Positions 60,442 through 64,000 of a stretch of DNA of 64,000 nucleotides are shown in pieces. The translations under genes and the position numbers were made by a program. The notes beneath the pieces were generated by a model. The model made no database searches. It was given only the letters and a program-made list of their open reading frames with translations, and was not told where the DNA came from. Numbering within the stretch: position 1 is the first letter of the stretch; every line of letters starts with the position of its first letter. Where the stretch lies: the sequence record PZ445523.1, one strand, 5' to 3'. This stretch comes from a phage.

Positions 60442-63138
60442 TCAGCCAAACAGGAAGTCTAACGAAGCTTTTTCTTCATAGTCCATACCAGCCGATTCAC
60501 ACATGCCTGCAAGCGGTTTAACAAACGATTTTTGGAACAAAGTTGAGTAGTCAATCCAAGACAGTACGTCAGAACGAATTTCCTTTGGAAGTTCTGTGCC
60601 CGACGGCCAAGCAATACACTTGTCACCAAATGGATTTCCTTCACGTAATGGAAGAACCATTACCTTATTTCCATCCAAAATTGGAGCTACACCCAGACCA
60701 CTAACAGCTCGACGATAAGTTAGCACACCACGAATATGGAACGGGCATTTAAATCCTGGCCAACCTTTATCATCATATTTCGCTATATCGTTCGCAGTTT
60801 TTACTTCAGCAATAACTTTATAGTCGAGTTGACGATATTCTTTCTCGAAGTTCTTGTAATATTCTTGGACAGACTCTTCACCTTCCTGAAGAATACGACG
60901 AATACTTTCTTCGAGAGCTTCTTGCACTGCCTTTGGTGTTGAACTCTGCTGAGTTTCCATACCCATGATTTTTAGATGCGGTTCAGCAAATCGCTTATCT
61001 TCCATATCATAAACGTTCAGAGCATAACGCTTTTTCGCTTTCCAAAATCCACCAACACCCTTTGAACCAAGCGGAGGGCAAGAAATAGCTTCACGGTCCA
61101 TATGCATCAGATGCTCGCGGTTATTCATATAATCACATAACTCACGATATGCAACATCAATCATAGGTTCCATCTTTTTCTTACCGAACTGATTCATGAA
61201 TTCAACCAAATCGTTCTGCTCTTTGAATCGGTCAAGACCTACTTTTTCAATAACTTTATCTACACAAACATATACCGAATCAGTATCACCTGCTGCGATG
61301 AAATCTTCATCATTAGTTCCGCATACTTTATTCAGATATTCATTAATTTTACGAGCAATCCACTGAATACCAACTTGGCCGAAAATTGTGATAGCAGTAG
61401 CATTTCGCAAATCATAGTAACGGAAATGAATATTACCAAGAGCACCATAAAGACTGTTAATGAGAATTTTACGGTTCAGCTGATTTGTATTAGCAAGTGT
61501 AGCCGCTTTTTCGCATTCCTCAATCAGACTATTGAGAACAGATTCAGTATAATTCGATAGTTCATTTAAGAAATCATCACTGAACTTAACATATCGTTCA
61601 ACTTCTGGTTTAGTTGAACAGGACCCTGCGCCTTTCATAATAATCTTTTTAATAGCTTCGGCATTCATTTCTTCAGCGAACATTTTCTTTTTCCAATCTT
61701 TACGCTGGAAAAATACTTTAGCGATTTCCTTTGGAATGATACCTTCTTGATGCTTATCATACATCCATCCATTCGGAGAACAAGAATATTCATCACTCGG
61801 TTTAGGAGCTGTTCCTGCGATATATTCATGAATTGGATGAACTTTAAACTGACCACGAATAGTCTCAGGACTAATGTTAACCTGACGAATAATGCTCGGA
61901 TACAGAGACGTCAAGTCAAAACTCATAATATATCGACGAGCAATTGGTTTAGGTTCAAATACAAATGCACCCGGAAAACTTTGTTTAACGTGCGAACCTT
62001 GTTGAGGAATAACCTTGTGTTCACCTTTCAATGAGTTAAAAATAATAGCATCCCAAGTTTTAATAGGACTCATTACACCAGAAAAAGGCATTTTAGCATA
62101 ATAAGACATACTTAAAACTAGATCGATAAACCCGCGAATTTTATCAATTGCTTGAACTGATTCTACGTCAATGATGTTATAACTAATGTATCGTTGATGA
62201 TTAGTCTCACGAAGTTTATTAATAGGACCGTCGTATGGTAATTTACCTTTTTTGGTTTCATGTTGAGCAACTGATTCCAAAGAGAATGACGGCAAATTAG
62301 TAAATGCGAACTTCTTGTACAAATCTAAATAATCAAGAATAGATACGCCATCAATAGAATAAATTTCTTTGCTACCGTACATATTTTGAATTAGTTTAGA
62401 TTTTACTCGACCGATTGGAGAGAAGCGTTTCATACTGCGTTCACCTAGAATCATTTTAACACGATTCATGATATACGGAACGTCAAATCCCTCAATATTC
62501 CAACCAGTAAAAATAGCAGGTCGTTTCTGTTCCCAGAGATTGATATATTCCATGAGCATATCACGCTCATTATCGAATGGCATATAAATTACTCGGTCAA
62601 GAATTTCTTGAGGAACTTCATCACCACCTTCACAGTCAAGCTTAGCAGCTAACTTTGCATCCCATTTTGATACTGAACCGTACATTGAATTCAAAAGGTC
62701 GAAAACATAAAAACGATCATCAATTGAATCGTAATGAGTGATAGCATCAATTTCATATTCTGCTTTCATTGGGTCAGGAAATTTATCACCGGTAACCTCA
62801 ATGTCACAGTTAGCTACACGAACAAATTTTCGGTCATAAACAATTTCTGAACCATATGTATCACTGATATAAGCGAGTTTAAAGTCGTTCATACCGAGAG
62901 CTTCGAGACCGATGTCTTCCATTCGCTTCATCCAATCTCGAGCATCTTTCATTGATGGAAATTTTTGAGGAGCGCAATTTTTACCATAAATGTCTTTGTA
63001 TTTTGACTCTTCCTTACAATGCCTAAACATAGTCGGAAGATATTCTACTTCACGAGTACGTTCCTTTCCGTTTTCATCAATATAACGTTCAACAATGTTA
63101 TTTCCGACTGTTTCGATAGAGATATAAAATTCTTTCAT
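60442..63138 (-). CDS. 43: DNA polymerase gp43 (family B)
   Basis: 898 aa, same as T4 gp43; exo motif NCDIEV, polymerase motif YGDTDS. Confidence 0.97.
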   Translation of the reverse strand: MKEFYISIETVGNNIVERYIDENGKERTREVEYLPTMFRHCKEESKYKDIYGKNCAPQKFPSMKDARDWMKRMEDIGLEALGMNDFKLAYISDTYGSEIVYDRKFVRVANCDIEVTGDKFPDPMKAEYEIDAITHYDSIDDRFYVFDLLNSMYGSVSKWDAKLAAKLDCEGGDEVPQEILDRVIYMPFDNERDMLMEYINLWEQKRPAIFTGWNIEGFDVPYIMNRVKMILGERSMKRFSPIGRVKSKLIQNMYGSKEIYSIDGVSILDYLDLYKKFAFTNLPSFSLESVAQHETKKGKLPYDGPINKLRETNHQRYISYNIIDVESVQAIDKIRGFIDLVLSMSYYAKMPFSGVMSPIKTWDAIIFNSLKGEHKVIPQQGSHVKQSFPGAFVFEPKPIARRYIMSFDLTSLYPSIIRQVNISPETIRGQFKVHPIHEYIAGTAPKPSDEYSCSPNGWMYDKHQEGIIPKEIAKVFFQRKDWKKKMFAEEMNAEAIKKIIMKGAGSCSTKPEVERYVKFSDDFLNELSNYTESVLNSLIEECEKAATLANTNQLNRKILINSLYGALGNIHFRYYDLRNATAITIFGQVGIQWIARKINEYLNKVCGTNDEDFIAAGDTDSVYVCVDKVIEKVGLDRFKEQNDLVEFMNQFGKKKMEPMIDVAYRELCDYMNNREHLMHMDREAISCPPLGSKGVGGFWKAKKRYALNVYDMEDKRFAEPHLKIMGMETQQSSTPKAVQEALEESIRRILQEGEESVQEYYKNFEKEYRQLDYKVIAEVKTANDIAKYDDKGWPGFKCPFHIRGVLTYRRAVSGLGVAPILDGNKVMVLPLREGNPFGDKCIAWPSGTELPKEIRSDVLSWIDYSTLFQKSFVKPLAGMCESAGMDYEEKASLDFLFG

Positions 63139-63190
63139 AGATATTCCTTAGTTTATAGCCCGAGTTATTAGGCTCTTGATATATTATACT

Positions 63191-63210
63191 CCAAATAAGG
63201 GGCCGAAGCC
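63191..63210 (-). other. hairpin in gene 43 upstream region
   Basis: AAGGGGC-CGAA-GCCCCTT. Confidence 0.45.
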
Positions 63211-63216
63211 CCTTGC

Positions 63217-63480
63217 TTAAATTAGTACTATTTGTCGGTGAAAAATTGTCATTCCATCTGCATTAATTGACTTAACGACTGCGGTAAAGTGTTTTTGTTC
63301 TGGATGAATTAATTTTTGAAATTCTACCTGAAATTTTAGTTGAAGGTTTTCTGGTAAATCAAAAAGTGTTTCTGTTGCAGAAAGATTATATTTTTCTTTA
63401 AGAGACGCCATGTATTCTTGCGGAGTTATAGCAGTCATATTAATTACCAATCGTATATTTAGGAACGAGTTTCCATTCAT
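63217..63480 (-). CDS. hypothetical ORF between regA and 43 (coding status uncertain)
   Basis: 87 aa frame, no convincing RBS at any candidate ATG; lies in the gene 43 leader region. Confidence 0.3.
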   Translation of the reverse strand: MNGNSFLNIRLVINMTAITPQEYMASLKEKYNLSATETLFDLPENLQLKFQVEFQKLIHPEQKHFTAVVKSINADGMTIFHRQIVLI

Positions 63481-63808
63481 GTTTTTGTTTAAAAGAAATA
63501 ACTCGGAAGTTATTAGTTAAATCTTTCATAAAAGTTCTTTGACCAGGAACGATTTCAATCAGTCCCCAATCTTCTAACAACCATGCTATTGAATCACGAC
63601 GAACTTCATCTTCTTCTGTCATTTCAACTTGACGACCATCCATACGAAGCATTTCTTTAAAATGAACGATATAGTATAGTCCTTTTTTCTGAAGAATATG
63701 ACAGGACTGATACAGAACTTTATCTTTATTATTAGCAATTCCCATACGAGTCAAAGTTTCTTTTACTTTCAGAAAATCTTCAGGTTTTTTAAGAGTAATT
63801 TCAATCAT
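63440..63808 (-). CDS. regA: translational repressor RegA
   Basis: 122 aa, same as T4 RegA; N-terminus MIEITLKKPEDF. Confidence 0.9.
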   Translation of the reverse strand: MIEITLKKPEDFLKVKETLTRMGIANNKDKVLYQSCHILQKKGLYYIVHFKEMLRMDGRQVEMTEEDEVRRDSIAWLLEDWGLIEIVPGQRTFMKDLTNNFRVISFKQKHEWKLVPKYTIGN

Positions 63809-63809
63809 T

Positions 63810-64000
63810 TTACCATTCCAATGCTAGTTTTTTGAGTTGTTTCTGTTCTTTTACGTTCTTAGTCACTTCTTTCAAAAAATCATCCGTGACTAAACCTTTT
63901 AGTTCTTTTAATACTAAAGGAAGTTTTCCATTTTTAGTAAGAATTGATTTATAGTTAATTGCATCATTTGTATTAACTTGATACCGCTTAGCAAGTAACT
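63810..64000 (-). CDS. 62: clamp-loader small subunit gp62, C-terminal fragment (N-terminus beyond window end)
   Basis: Open minus-strand frame ending ...[13 protein letters not shown] one nt before the regA ATG; T4 synteny. Confidence 0.6.
   Translation of the reverse strand, partial: LLAKRYQVNTNDAINYKSILTKNGKLPLVLKELKGLVTDDFLKEVTKNVKEQKQLKKLALEW

Noticed and set aside
63205-63240. Plus-strand MotA-box-like TTGCTTAA at 63207-63214
   Set aside because: No correctly spaced -10 element follows it (TACTAT is only about 7-8 nt downstream), unlike the 47274-47300 element.

Overview
This 64 kb window reads as one contiguous piece of a T-even (T4-like, Tequatrovirus-type) virulent myophage genome, AT-rich and densely packed; I found no clearly novel multi-gene system in it. 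All gene calls rest on my recall of T4 proteins and on motifs visible in the translations, and no database search was run. Gene order is collinear with T4. On the minus strand: cd-region ORFs, pseT, a spanin pair, alc, rnlA, denA, nrdB, nrdA, td, frd, 32, segG-like, 59, 33, dsbA, rnh. On the plus strand: the late long-tail-fiber genes 34, 35, 36, 37, 38 and holin t. Back on the minus strand: asiA, arn, motA, 52, stp, ndd, denB, rIIB, rIIA, 39, dexA, dda, srd-like, modA, modB, soc, 56, 61, sp, dmd, 41, 40, uvsX, a glycosyltransferase, 42, imm, 43, regA and the 3' end of 62. Several traits look T2/T6-like rather than T4-like: a 260 aa glycine-rich gp38, an unsplit 606 aa gene 39, a 282 aa DxD glycosyltransferase where T4 has beta-gt, uninterrupted td and nrdB, and no dam or gene 69 between 56 and 61. 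No tRNA, rRNA, CRISPR array, integrase or transposase was recognised. The most interesting signals are local: small-ORF cassettes bounded by repeated early-promoter and hairpin elements, a textbook MotA-type middle promoter on the plus strand pointing antisense into modA, a plus-strand small membrane ORF at the dam/69 position, and extra ORFs at frd-td and 43-regA. Coordinates for CDS follow the supplied ORF track unless a later start is argued.
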